From positions 19,840,001-19,904,000 of the forward strand of contig NC_043024.1 of NCBI RefSeq assembly GCF_006345805.1: 64,000 nucleotides of DNA. Direction: 5' to 3'. A model generated the notes under the pieces. That model made no database searches. It was not told where the DNA came from and worked only from the letters and a program-made list of their open reading frames with translations. Positions 36,562 to 49,519 of this stretch are shown piece after piece. Both the position numbers and the translations under genes were made by a program. Position 1 is the stretch's first letter; each line of letters opens with the position of its first letter. Source of the stretch: Octopus sinensis. Taxonomy: Eukaryota.

Positions 36562-37150
36562 TCTATAATTCTGAAATGCAAAAAGTTTCTTTGTTTGGTT
36601 TTGGCATTGGAACAGGTTAAAGGCCATTAGATCCCATCGGATTGACTCCAAAATTTACAGGGACATGTAAAATGAGGTGAGGATGCGAGTGGCTAGGTTA
36701 AAAGGTGTGGTTACTAGGGTGAAAAACGCGCACTTTGACAAGTCTCCTCTCATTCTTTTATGTATTGTCTTCCTCCGTTTCTCTCTCTTTCCTCCCTTCC
36801 CTTCACTTTCTCTCTATGACGTCATTTCACAGCGTCCTATATCTTCCCCCGCCGCATTCGACAGCACTTTCACACTCTCTCTCTCTACGTCTGTCTGCAT
36901 TCATAGAGAGAATTAACATCACCACCATCACCACACAATCATGAGAACAAATATTATGAATCAGATATTTATTGGGTTAATTTATATATGTGTGTGTGTG
37001 TTCTATATATAAATATGTATATATAATGTATATATACAAAGTGTATATATCTGTATTTATATATATATATATATATATATATAATTTGTATACATTTATA
37101 TATATATACCACACTCTTACCCGCGTGTAGAGCAGGTCACTTTAAGCTAG
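36562..37150 (+). mobile_element. Non-autonomous Helitron, complete (589 bp)
   Basis: A|TCTATAATT 5' end; imperfect hairpin ACCCGC-GTGTAGA-GCAGGT about 10 nt before the CTAG|T 3' end. Confidence 0.7.
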
Positions 37151-37181
<31 letters not shown>

Positions 37182-37561
37182 GGGTTGATTTGGTTGTAGT
37201 CCAATGACTAAACGCTGTACAGAATAAAAAGTGGAATATAAATAATGATTTTGTGTGTCAGCCGATGATGATCGTTATTAGAAACAGTAATATTTATTTC
37301 AACAAAAAATTAAATTCAGCACAAAAGAAATGATTTTGACAATAATAAAGATTACGTATTTTGATTTTCATTTCCTTTTCTTTTTTTTTTGTTTGTGATT
37401 TTTCTCTGTTTTTGAATTCTCAAGCATCAAAAAATATTCCGACAGTACCAAAAATGATCATCTAACGACTGACATTAACATCAAATAACTGATCCGTACT
37501 TACTTCTGTGCTATTTCTACCTCCATCTTTTATATATATACATACATACATATATATATAT

Positions 37562-37594
<33 letters not shown>

Positions 37595-37603
37595 TATATA
37601 TAA

Positions 37604-37646
<43 letters not shown>

Positions 37647-37649
<3 letters not shown>

Positions 37650-37941
37650 GAGGCGCAATGGCCCAGTGGTTAGGGAAGTGGACTCGCAGTCGCAGGATCG
37701 CGGTTTCAATTCCCAGACCGGGTGTTGTGTGTGTTTATTGAGCGAAAACACCTAAAACCTCCACAAGACTCAGGCAGGGGGTGGTGATCCCTGCTGTACT
37801 CTTTCTCTCACTCTTTCTTCTGTTCGCCTGCTCACTTAGTCAGCGGGGTGGCGTCATTCCAAGGCTAAAACAATGCGAACGCATTGTGACCAGCGATGTG
37901 TAGCAATATCTGATGGTCTGGTCGGTCACGTGATCACGTGA
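37647..37941 (+). mobile_element. tRNA-derived SINE, full length, within (TA)n
   Basis: A box TGGCCCAGTGG, B-box-like GGTTTCAATTCCC, tail GGTCACGTGATCACGTGA; tail also present reversed at about 10995-11110. Confidence 0.88.
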
Positions 37942-38050
37942 TATATATATATATATATATAATGATATTAATAATAATAATAACATGAGGGAATATTATT
38001 CTAAACTTACGGGGAAAAATTCAATTTAGAAGTACTAAATCAAATTTCAT

Positions 38051-38088
<38 letters not shown>

Positions 38089-38089
<1 letters not shown>

Positions 38090-38367
38090 GAAAAAAACAC
38101 CTTTTATCAATTCAATGAGGAAAAATTAAATTATACCATTTAGAAAAATTACATCTTATAGAAAAATTAGATATAAGATAAAACATATAACAATGATTAA
38201 GTAATGTGCAAAATAGTAAATAAAATGTATATATTTGGTAGAATAACAATCTAACATTGTTATATGTTTTATCTTATATTTAATCTTTCTATAATATGTA
38301 ATTTTTCTAAATGGTATTATTTAATTTAATTTTTCATTATTGAATTGATAAAAGGTGGTTTTTTTCT
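38089..38367. repeat. AT-rich inverted repeat (~110-bp arms, 59-bp spacer)
   Basis: 38089-38195 aligns with the reverse complement of 38255-38367 with few mismatches and indels. Confidence 0.9.
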
Positions 38368-38385
38368 AACTTATATATATATATA

Positions 38386-38560
38386 GGCGCAGGAGTGGCT
38401 GTGTGGTAAGTAGCTTGCTAACAAACCACATGTTTCCGGGTTCAGTCCCACTGCATGGCATCTTGGGCAAGTGTCTTCTGCTATAGCCCCGGGCCGACCA
38501 ATGCCTTGTGAGTGGATTTGGTAGACGGAAACTGAAAGAAGCCTGTCGTATATATGTATG

Positions 38561-38601
<41 letters not shown>

Positions 38602-38830
38602 ATGTGTGTGTTTGTGTGTCTGTGTTTGTCCCCCTAGCGTTGCTTGACAACCGATGCTGGTGTGTTTATGTCCCCGTCACTTAGCGGTTTGGCAAAAGAG
38701 ACCGATAGAATAAGTACTGGGCTTACAAAGAATAAGTCCCGGGGTCGATTTGCTCGACTAAAAGCGGTGCTCCAGCATGGCCGCAGTCAAATGACTGAAA
38801 CAAGCAAAAGAAAAGAAATAAAAGAAAAAA
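38386..38830 (+). mobile_element. SINE family B, full length
   Basis: GGCGCAGGAGTGGCTGTGTGGTAAG head, GGTTCAGTCCC B box, TCTTGGGCAAGTGTCTTC, internal microsatellite, A-rich tail. Confidence 0.9.
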
Positions 38831-39086
38831 TATATATATCATCATCATCGTTCAACGTCCGTTTTCCGCGCTAGCACGGGTTGGACAGTTCGACTGGGGT
38901 CTGGGAAGCCAGGGGCTGCACCAGGCTCCAGTCTGATCTGGCAGTGTTGCTACAGGTGGATGCCCTTCCTAATGCCAACCACTCCTGCTTCGTCTACTCT
39001 GTGTTTTGAAGGTAAGGGCAAGACACGACTTCGTTGAAACAATCCTTCCCGCAAAGCAAATTAAATAAAATTTGGGATTTTATTTT

Positions 39087-39127
<41 letters not shown>

Positions 39128-39496
39128 GCATATATACATACAACAGGTGTCTTTCAGTTTCCGTCTACCAAATCCACTCTCAAGGCTTTGGTCAGCCCAA
39201 GGTGTTGAGTGGGACTGAACCTGGAATCATGTGGGTGGCAAACAAGCCTCTTACCACACAACCGTGCCCTAACATATACATATGAAATATTTTTTCTTTA
39301 TTTTTTATGTTGAGTTTTTGGAATATTATTTTCAGTTTTTTCCCCACTACAAAGAAAATTATTTTGCTCTCAGAAAAGCTTTTATTTGCGTTGACTGAAG
39401 TTTTCAACAAATCTATTGAACTCAATACGATAATGATACGACAAAAAGAAAAAAGGAAAAACTTACATAAAAAACACAGTTATTCATTTCTTTAAT

Positions 39497-39651
39497 TCAT
39501 CATCATCATCACCATCATCATCAGCATCGCCATCATCATCATCATTATCATTATCATCATCATCATCATTGTTGTTGTCGTCGTCGTCATCATCATCATC
39601 ATCATCATCATCATCACCATCATCATCATCACCATCATCATCATCACCACC

Positions 39652-39685
<34 letters not shown>

Positions 39686-39762
39686 TCATCATCACCACCA
39701 CCACCATCATCGCCATCACCATCATCATCATCACATCATCACCATCACCATCATCATCATTT
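39497..39762. repeat. (CAT/CAC)n microsatellite
   Basis: Directly visible. Confidence 0.95.
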
Positions 39763-40065
39763 CAACAACCGTTTCATCATCCTTATATAGAATGCTGATA
39801 TTGCTCTTGTTGTTATTGTTGCACTAGTTGTCATTTAACCCTAGGTTTAGAACTGACAGGGACGGTATATGATCAAAGGTGTTCCGCCTATGATTACAAA
39901 TCTCGTCTTTTATTTGTTTATTTGTTTATCATTTGTATATCTATGAATATATTGCCTAATGTGTGTGTCCGTGTGTCCTGGTTTTATTTGTCTTTTTGTC
40001 CTTTTTAAAGATTGTATGGCTGTGTGGTTAAGAAGCTGGCTTACCAACTATATCATCTCTGGTTC

Positions 40066-40163
40066 AATCTCTTTTGCCGAACTGCTAAGCTACGGGGACG
40101 TAAACACACCAGCATCGGTTGTCAAGCGATGTTGGGGGGACAAACACAGACACACAAACATAT

Positions 40164-40200
<37 letters not shown>

Positions 40201-40375
40201 CATATATACATATATACGATGGGCTTCTTTCATTTTCCATCATCCAAGTCCACTCACAAGGTTTTGGTCGGCCTGAGGCTATAGTAGAAGACACTCGCCC
40301 AAGGTGCCACGCAGTGGGACTGAACCCAGAACCATGTGGTTGGTAAGCAAACTACTTACCACACAGTCACTCCTG
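40066..40375 (-). mobile_element. SINE family B, 5' part
   Basis: Matches 46383-46786 and other copies. Confidence 0.85.
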
Positions 40376-40710
40376 TTTATTTTTAATATTTTATCGCAAT
40401 TATGTAATACAAAAGAATCTACCAGTAATTCTTTTACTGGTAGATAAAAATTGGGGATCCCACACCCCACCGCAATTTTCCCAGGTACCACTTTGGGAAT
40501 CGCTGATCTAAGGTATTCCAAACCATGACCATCATTCCTGACTACTTAAGGGTATCTAAGACTATATTATCAAATGTGTCTATTTCATTATTTATTTTCT
40601 TAGAGTCATTAGATGTGATTTCAGGCTAATTTGGCTGTTATTTCTAGCATCGCATTTCTTTTTCTAGCAATGTAAAGACTTGGAAGTGACTGTGCATTTG
40701 AGTGTAAATG

Positions 40711-40749
<39 letters not shown>

Positions 40750-41253
40750 AGTTTGTGTGCTTGTGTATGAGTATGTATGTGTGTGTGATATTTAGGAAGT
40801 GTAAGTCTGTATGTAAGAGAGAATGTGTACGTATGTTTGTATGTCATTGAGAGAAAGGCATAATACATAGTACACACACACACTTGCTCTGTCTAGTTTC
40901 TACATACATATCCTCACTCATATATGTAATCAACCAATATCTATATACCTATCTGCCTATCTATGTCTGTCTGTCTGTCTGTCGCTCTCTCTCTCTCTAT
41001 ATATATGTATATATATATATATATATCTGTCTGTGTGTCTATCTGTCTATCTGTCTGTCTGTCTATCTGTCTATCTATCTATCTATCTGTCTATCACTTT
41101 ATCATGACATTTCTGTGATACATGATCCCTATTGATCGCTTTTTTCTTTTTTCATTTTCTTTTTCTTTTTCCTTTTTACGATCCCTTTTGATCAAAAACC
41201 TACCCCAGACGGAATACCACTAAGCATTTCACCCGGTGTGCTAACATTTCTGC

Positions 41254-41720
41254 ATGCCGGGTGAAATGTTTAGCAGTATTTCATCTGTCTTTATGTTCTG
41301 GGTTCAAATTCCGCCAAGGTCGACTTTGCCTTTCATCCTTTCGGGGGTCGATAAATTAAGTACCAGTCACGAACTGGGTCAATATAATCGACTTAATCCG
41401 TTTGTCTGTCCTTGTTTGTCCCCTCTATGTTTAGCCCCTTGTGGGTAGTAAAGAAATAGGTATTTCGTCTGCCGCTACGTTCTGAGTTCAAATTCCGCCG
41501 AGGTCGACTTTGCCTTTCATCCTTTTGGGGTCGATTAAATAAGTACCAGTTATGCACTGGGGTCAATGTAATCGACTTAATACGTTCTGAGTTCAAATTC
41601 CGTCGAGGTCGACTTTACCTTTCATACTTTCGGGGTCGATAAATTAAGTACCAGTTGGATATTGGTGTCGAACTAAACAACTACCCCCTCCCCCAAAATT
41701 TTCAGCCTTGTACAAAGGGG
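41254..41720 (+). mobile_element. SINE family A, 3-unit tandem (last unit rearranged)
   Basis: Three occurrences of GGTCGACTTT.CCTTTCAT. Confidence 0.85.
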
Positions 41721-41814
41721 AGAAAAGATTAGATAGACAGAGAGAGGGGGAGAGAGGGAGAGAGAGAGAGAGAAAAAATGTAAGATAGATAGATAAACAG
41801 ACAGACACACAGAA

Positions 41815-41853
<39 letters not shown>

Positions 41854-41876
41854 AAGATAGATAGATAGATAGAGAG

Positions 41877-41915
<39 letters not shown>

Positions 41916-41975
41916 CATAGATATATCAGTTGGTTACATACATGATTGAGGAAATGTCTGTAGAAGCTAGACAGA

Positions 41976-42014
<39 letters not shown>

Positions 42015-42282
42015 TGTGTGTGAATGAATTTTGTGGTGGAGAGAACAAGCGAGAGGCAGTGAATATATATGCGCATGTATGCATGCAAGTGTATGTGTGT
42101 GGTGGTGGTGGTGGTGGTGGGGTGATTAGGAAAGAGGCAGAGACGAAGGATATTAAAGAGACACACAGAACGTAAGCTGGAAACGGTTCTCTGATGTTCC
42201 GCTCTCACCTGTACGATCCGCTTTCTAACCAGACTTGTTATTGGAAAGTTGAACAGGAAATTACTGCATCACATTCATTTAG

Positions 42283-42346
<64 letters not shown>

Positions 42347-42350
42347 CCTG

Positions 42351-42409
<59 letters not shown>

Positions 42410-42615
42410 ATCATCATCATCATCATCATCATCATCATCGTTTAATGTCTGTTTTCCATGCTAGCATGGGTTGGACAGTTCAATCAGGGTCTGGGAAGCC
42501 AGGGGCTGCACCAGGCTCCAGTCTGATCTGGCAGTGTTTCTACAGCTGGATGCCCTTCCTAATGCCAACCACTCCATGAATGTAGTGGGTGCTTTTAATG
42601 TGCCACTAGCACAGG

Positions 42616-42650
<35 letters not shown>

Positions 42651-42653
<3 letters not shown>

Positions 42654-42792
42654 TATATTAAATTAGAGATAAAACCACTATTAGGCAAATAAAACTGTGA
42701 AAAACATAAGCCAATACATTTTTATGTATTGGCTTCTGTTTTTCACTGTTTGATTTGGCTAATAGTGGTTTTATCTCTAATTTAATATAATA
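42651..42792. repeat. Near-perfect 142-bp hairpin (68-bp arms, 6-nt loop)
   Basis: 42651-42718 versus the reverse complement of 42725-42792: 4 mismatches by manual alignment. Confidence 0.95.
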
Positions 42793-43309
42793 TAATATAC
42801 TTATACTATAAAATTGGATTTAATCCTAAATCTAATTTTTTCCTGTAAGTTTGGATTTATTCCCTAATATTATTATTTTTGCTCTTTCATTCATTCATTC
42901 ATCTAGCAGATAAGTTGAATGCTTATTTATTTTCACTTCCCCATCAATCTTTCTTATCTATCTAACTATTTTTAACTAATTTCTATATCTATCTAATTAT
43001 TTTAACTAATTTATCCATTATCCATCTCGCCTCTCGTGTATTCATCAACCATCGTGTATTCGCGGTGCACCCGCCCTGCCCACCCCCACCACCAATACCG
43101 GATATCTCTATATTTTTGCTCCATCCATACCGGATGTCGCTTCTCCCACCACCATAATAGGTGTCTACTCTTCGAACCCCCCTCTTCAATACGCTATTTC
43201 ACCATGCATTACCCCTCTCTTGATATCCTACGTTCTACTTGCCTAGAACCTGTCATCATTTCTCTGAACCACCCCTCCCCACTGGTGCTCCCCTATATTT
43301 CTGCACCAC

Positions 43310-43562
43310 CCCCCCACATAAAAAGCACCATCCGAACGTGGCCGATGCCAGACCCCTCTGGCACCTGTGCAGGTGGCACGTAAAAAACACCCACTACACT
43401 CGCGGAGTGGTTGGCGTTAGGAAGGGCATCCAGCTGTAGAAACTCTGCCAGACTAGACTGGAGCCTGGGGCAGTCCCTAGCTCCCCAGACCCCGGTCGAA
43501 ACCGTCCAACCCGTGCTAGCGCGGAAAACGGACGTTAAACGATGATGATGATGATGATGATG

Positions 43563-43646
<84 letters not shown>

Positions 43647-43900
43647 ATATATATATGTATATATATCATCATCATCATCGTTTAGCCTCCGTTTTCCATG
43701 CTAGCATAGGTTGGACGGTTCAACTGGGGTCTGGGAAGCCAGAAAGCTGCACCAGGCTCCAGTCTGATCTGGCAGTGTTCTCCAGTCTGATCTAGCAACG
43801 GCCACGATCGGTTGGTGCTTTTCACGTGCCACCGGCATGGGAGCCAGTCAAGGCAGCGCTGGCATTGGCCACGTTTAGATGGTACTTTTACTTGTTTCAG
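43310..43900. mobile_element. Two RTE 3'-tail elements, tail-to-tail around a (TA)n tract
   Basis: + copy ends CGGACGTTAAAC(GAT)n at about 43562; - copy begins (ATC)nGTTTAGCCTCCG at about 43665. Confidence 0.85.
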
Positions 43901-44345
43901 TCGTTAGACTACGGCCATGCTGGAGCACTGCTTTGACCAATTTTTAGTCAAACGAATCAACCGTGATACTCATTTATTTTTAAAACCTGGTACTTATTCT
44001 ATCAATCTCTTTTGCTGAACTGCTGAGCTACAGGGACATAAACACACCAACACCAGATGTCAAGCAGTGGTGGAGGACAAGCAAAGACACACACACACAC
44101 AAACACACACATACATACATACCCACATACATACACAATAGATTTCTTTCAGCTTCTGTCTCCAAATCCACTCAAAATGCTTTGAGTTAGTCCAGGACTA
44201 TTCCAGAAGTCATTTGCCTAAAATGCCATGTAATGGAACTGAACCCAGAACCATGTGGTTAAAAAGCAAACTTCTTACCACACACCCATACCTGTGCTTG
44301 TTTCTGCAACCATCATTTTTTCCATGATAGCATGGATCCAAGGAA

Positions 44346-44881
44346 TCTATATCTATAAAAGGCAGGATGTGTGTGTGTGTGTATGTGAATGTACTTTATG
44401 CACATCCACAAATTAGCACGCATGCCGCTCCAATTTTAGGAGGATATTGGTCACAACCATGGCTGGGCTTTTGTCAACTTATTTTTACCAAAGCAACCCC
44501 GGATAGCAGTAAAAATTAATTTTCGACCATAACTTTTACCAATTTTCACGTTGGTCAAATTCGTAAGTTCGCTAACACGAGTTAAGTCCCCTGTCTTGCA
44601 TATAGATTAATTCACCCTACTACAATGCCTCAGAAAAAAAAAAAAATTTGGACTACCTAAGCAATCTCAGCATAGGAAAAGAGAAAGAGCTGAAGAGACT
44701 GACTATTAGCAGACCAATTAGTAAAATATTATAACATTTTGGGGCCGAAACCTGGCAATAAGAGCTTCTGGATATTCCGCGACAAAACATTCAATAATCT
44801 TGAAGTAGTAACTTTCATAAATCAGGGTATAATTTTGGAAGGCTCTTTCTGATCCCAGTCAATGACTGGTATTTCTGCTAG
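44346..44881 (+). mobile_element. Non-autonomous Helitron, complete (536 bp)
   Basis: A|TCTATATCTATAAAAG 5' end; hairpin CCAGTC-AAT-GACTGG; CTAG|T 3' end; retains an ATG CCT CAG AAA (MPQKK...) start remnant. Confidence 0.85.
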
Positions 44882-45454
44882 TATACAATAAAACAATGTA
44901 TTATATACGCATGTTCTTCCTGTCACTGTTTTGCAAGCTGGGTGTATATCTCATTGCATACAACTTCAAAGCTGTGTCAGATCTCCTTCCTAAAATATAA
45001 ATGCATGTTTTGTGTGTCAGCTTCTACCTGAATAGTTATCAGCTGGCATTGGTTTGTTTACGTCCTTGTAGCTTTAGTGGTTCAGGAAAAGAGACCATGA
45101 AATAAATCCTTTTATTCCAGTATCAGAGCAGCCACCTGCGGAGGCCACTCTGGTCTGTCAATTGGTCGTTTGTCATTGACAAACTCAAGGAAGAGCAGAA
45201 TCACATTGTCTGGCAGTTCTGGCAGCCATAACAAATGGTTATCGTTCCTCTGCAATATAAACAAGAACGCTTTTATACATCACAGAACCATATGAGACAT
45301 CCTCCTTTGGTAAATAATGCAGTGTTTTCTGTTCTAACACAACACCTACTTTAAGTTGGAGAACAAGATTACCTATTGGTGTCCATTCTGCTCCTGCCAC
45401 TATCAGTTATTTCTTAATAAACCCACTGGCTTTTTGCAACACCAGCGCCTGGAT

Positions 45455-45762
45455 CTCTCTCTCTATTCACTCAGTCGAGGTCGACTCTCGGTCACTCGTT
45501 GGATCAGTGTCCTCCAATCAGTTCTATCCTGGGCTGCTTCTTTCAGATTAGCTATGTCCATTCCGGTATCACTCTTGATGGTGTCAAGCCAGCGGGATCT
45601 TGGTCGGCCTCTTCCTCTCTTGCCACTGACCATTCCGAGCATGATGTCCTTCTCCAGGGATTTTCTCCGCATAATATGACCGAAATATGCCAATCTATGC
45701 TTGGTGATCCTAGCTTCTAGCGACATTTTCGGCCTTATCTGCTTCAGAACTTCTCCATTGAA
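45455..45762 (-). mobile_element. RTE (BovB-like) LINE, 5'-truncated
   Basis: SLEARITKHRLAYFGHIMRRKSLEKDIMLGMVSGKRGRGRPRSRWLD; (GA)n tail; 6-bp TSD CTGGAT (45449-45454, 45763-45768). Confidence 0.92.
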
Positions 45763-46382
45763 CTGGATAGACACTGAAATTCTATATATCATTGACAGGA
45801 GATTTGGCTGTTATCATGCTGCTGGACACCTATCACAGAGAAACCCATAGCAGGGTGAAATCATGGGATCTAGCCATTCCAACAGCTGTAGCAGATAACT
45901 CTCATCTGCCAACAATGTAATTTCAAGTACTTTTTTGCACCACAAATTCTTAGAGAGATTCTGCCATGGTAAATAACAAAATAATATGGTATTCTGTGTT
46001 CTAATACAACTCCACATTAAGTTGGAGATGAATATTACTTTTTGGTATAAATACCGCTTCAGTAATTAATTTTTTTCTAATCAGCCCACTGGCTAATCAC
46101 AACACCAGTGCCTGAATGGACACTGAAATTCTATACATTATTGACAGGAGATTTGGGTGTTATCATGTTGCAGGACATCTGTCACTGAGGAAACCATAGC
46201 AGGGTGAAACCATGTGATTTCGTCTTTCTGCCAATGATATAATTTCAAGTGCTTTTATGCAGCACAAGTCCTTATGAGAGATTCTCTCGTGCTAAATAAT
46301 GAAGTATTCTCTGTTCTATCACCACATCCATGTTAAGTTGGAGATAAATATTACCTTTGGGATTAACACAGCTTCTCTCAAT

Positions 46383-46786
46383 ATTCTTTATTCTTTTACT
46401 CTTTTACTTGTTTCAGTCATTTGACTGTGGCCATGCTGCAGCACCGCCTTTAGTCGAGCAAATTGACCCCAGGACTTATTCTTTGTAAGCCCAGTACTTT
46501 TCTATCGGTCTCTTTTGCCGAACCACTAAGTGACGGGGACGTAAACACACCAGCATCGGTTGTCAAGCAATGCTAGGGGGACAAACACACATACAAACAC
46601 ACACACACACACACATATATATACGACAGGCTTCTTTCAGTTTCCGTCTACCAAATCCACTCACAAGGCATTGGTCGACCCAGGGCTATAGCAGAAGACA
46701 CTTGCCCAAGATGCCACGCAGTGGGACTGAACCCAGAATCATGTGGTTGGTTAGCAAGCTTCTTACCATGCAGTCACTCCTGCACC
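46383..46786 (-). mobile_element. SINE family B, full length
   Basis: Complete head-to-tail match with 38386-38830 in reverse. Confidence 0.9.
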
Positions 46787-47479
46787 AATAATAATTATTT
46801 TTTAATAAGCTCACTGGCTATTTGCAACATCAGCGTTTGGTTAGGCCCTGAGATTCTATATAGCATTGATGAGGGAACCAGCTGCTATTGAAAGATGAGT
46901 GAAATCACATGATCTGGCTATTCTGGTGGCCATAGTGATTGGTTATCGCCCATCAGTGATATAAACAAGTGGGCTTTTATGCTTCATGAGTCTGTATGAG
47001 ACATCCTCTCGTGACAAATAATGCAGTATTTTGTGTTCCTACACAACATCCAAGTTCAGTAGGAAATAAATATTACCGTATAAGAAATCATTTTAAAGAA
47101 ATAAATGCAAAACAAAGCAACATTTTCCTACATAAATACAAGGCTAAATATTTTAAGGGAAGGGTCTTTGTTGCCTATAATAATCCCAGCCCTTCATCAG
47201 TATTTATTTTATTGACCTCCTCACCACCATCGCCATAACCATGACCATCACCACTATTGAAAGGATGAGGGGTTATGTTGACTCTGGCATGATTTGAATA
47301 CAGAACAAAATATCAAAAAGAAAAAAACAATGCGAATTACGAATAATGAATTACTCAATTTTCCGTTCAGTGAGTCAACATTCATAATTCATAATTAAAA
47401 ATAGAAAATATCATTTTTTATACGTCCTGTTCGTATATTTTATTATGTTATGAAAATATCTTCAGCTGTATATTTTTTT

Positions 47480-47537
47480 TAAATATTCCTTATTATTATC
47501 ATTATTGTTATTGTTTTTATTATTATTATTATATTAT

Positions 47538-47578
<41 letters not shown>

Positions 47579-47605
47579 TTATCATCAACATCCTCCTCCT
47601 TCTCC

Positions 47606-47636
<31 letters not shown>

Positions 47637-47719
47637 TATTATTATTATTATTATCATCATCATTATCATCATCAACATTATTATTATTATTATCATCATC
47701 ATCATCATCGTCATCATCA

Positions 47720-47750
<31 letters not shown>

Positions 47751-48130
47751 CATCATCATTATTATTGTTATTATTATTATTATTATCATCATCATCATCA
47801 TCATCATCAGCATCATTATCATCATCATTATTATTGTTATTATTACTATTATCCTCCTCCTCCTCTTCCTCCTCCTCATCATCATCATTGTTATTATTAT
47901 TATTATTATTATTATCATCATCATCATCACCATCATCATCGTCATCATCATCATCATCATCATCATCTTCCTCCTCCTCATCATCATCATTGATATTATT
48001 ATTATTATTATTATGATCACCATCATCTTCATTATCATCATCATTCATCATCACCATCATCATCGTCATCATCATCATCATCACCATCCTCCTCCTCCTC
48101 ATCATCATCATCATTGTTATTATTATTCAT
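47480..48130. repeat. (ATT/ATC/TAG/CTC)n compound microsatellite
   Basis: Directly visible. Confidence 0.95.
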
Positions 48131-48439
48131 CGCTATGGCAATACCATTGTAGTTACTATCACAACAACAGTGTTATATGCATGTTATTGAAAACACTGTA
48201 ACAAATATGACTGGTCGATAATTTATGGCATAATTATGCCATAAAACACATGAAGAGACTGCAGAGTGGTGGTTCCATGCGATTGGAATTACCATTTAAT
48301 TCCAGTCGCTGGAAATGCTGCAAGCGAAGAAAATATCAATGGAAGAGAAAAGTGAAAGACACGACATTACAGGGAGAGGACAAAAAAAACATGGGTTTTC
48401 GGTTCTCAGTATTTCGGCATCATTAACCATGAGAGTAAC

Positions 48440-49073
48440 TGTGGTGGTGGTAGTGGTGGTGGTAGGAGTGGTGGTGGTGGTGGTGGTAGTAGTGGTGGTA
48501 GTAGTAGTAGTAGTAGTGGTGGTAGTAATAGTAGTGGTGGTGGTGGTGGTAGTAGTGGTAGTGGTGGTGGTGGTGGTGGTGGTAGTGGTGGTAGTAGAAG
48601 TGTTGGTGGTGGTGGTGGTGGTGGTGGTGGTAGTAGTGGTGGTAGTGGTGATGGTAGTGGTGGTGGTGGTGGTGGTGGTGGTGGTGGTAGTGGTGATGGT
48701 AGTGGTGGTGGTGGTGGTGGTGGTAGTGGTGGTGGTGGTGGTGGTAGTGGTGGTGGTGGTGGTAGTGGTGGTGGTTGTTGTGGTGGTGGTGGTAGTGGTG
48801 GTGGTGGTGGTAGTGGTGGTGGTGGGTGGTGGTAGTGGTGGTGGTAGTGATGATGGTAGTGGTGGTGGTGGTGGTGGTAGTGGTGGTGGTAGTGGTGATG
48901 GTAGTGGTGGTGGTGGTGGTGGTAGTGGTGGTGGTGGTGGTAGTAGTAGTGGTGGTGGTGGTGGTGGTGGTGGTGGTGGTGGTGGTGGTGGTGGTGGTAG
49001 TAGTAGTAATAGTAGTAGTAGTGGTGGTGGTGGTGGTGGTGGTAGTAGTGGTAGTTTTAGTAGTAGTAGTAGT
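48440..49073. repeat. (GGT/AGT)n microsatellite
   Basis: Directly visible; source of the poly-Val/Gly ORF. Confidence 0.95.
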
Positions 49074-49357
49074 AAGTTAAGTTAATTTTTTGGCTCAAAA
49101 AGCAAAAAGCAAGGCCATGTAGGGAGACATGGAGTGATGTACAGGGAGGGAGTTCATACAAAGAGTTCAGGCCATTTCTGGTCAAGAGAGACTTTGAACC
49201 GAGCGGTCGTCGGCATCTTCACTATCTTGTCTGGCAGCTTATTCCACGGATCCGCAACCCGGACGGAGAAAGTCCCTCTCCTTTGATTGATATGAAATCG
49301 TCGCAGATAGAGCTTTTCGGAGTGACCCCGCAGCCAACGCTCTGGAGCAGGAGTGAA
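49074..49357 (-). mobile_element. CR1/L2-type LINE 3' end
   Basis: LRGHSEKLYLRRFHINQRRGTFSVRVADPWNKLPDKIVKMPTTARFKVSLD matches the CR1-group ORF2 C-terminus; short UTR and (AACTT)n tail. Confidence 0.85.
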
Positions 49358-49485
49358 GTAGTATAGTAGTAGTAGTAGTAGTAGTAGTAGTAATGGTGGT
49401 GGTGGTGGTGGTGGTAGTAGTTGTTGTAGTAGTAGTAGTAGCAGCAGCAGTAGTAATAATAATAATAATGATAATAATAATGATA

Positions 49486-49519
<34 letters not shown>

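Larger units (their letters stand above)
45180..47085. repeat. Old diverged tandem array (roughly 330-400-bp unit, 3-4 copies) with nested insertions
   Basis: Recurrent blocks AAATAA..CAGT.TT.T.TGTTCT, TAAGTTGGAGA, CCCACTGGCT...CAACA.CAG, GACACTGAAATTCTATA, ATGAGA.AT.CTC. Confidence 0.7.

Noticed and set aside
30756-37150. Single 6.4-kb composite Helitron
   Set aside because: The 3' CTAG at 37150 is better explained by a separate element with its own TC start at 36562.
37647-37720. Possible tRNA gene (good A and B boxes)
   Set aside because: Runs directly into a SINE body without a complete acceptor stem or terminator; the same holds for other SINE heads.
43000-43300. GC-rich unique segment next to an RTE tail
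   Set aside because: No recognisable LINE protein motif or exon structure on either strand; left unassigned.
45121-45296. IRAATCGGHSG frame after a TTCCAG acceptor, superficially FN3-like
   Set aside because: Wrong phase to follow the 30719 donor, no good donor, and it overlaps the old tandem array.
48315-49085. 256-aa poly-Val/Gly ORF
   Set aside because: Product of (GGT)n; the short unique N-terminus has no recognisable homology.
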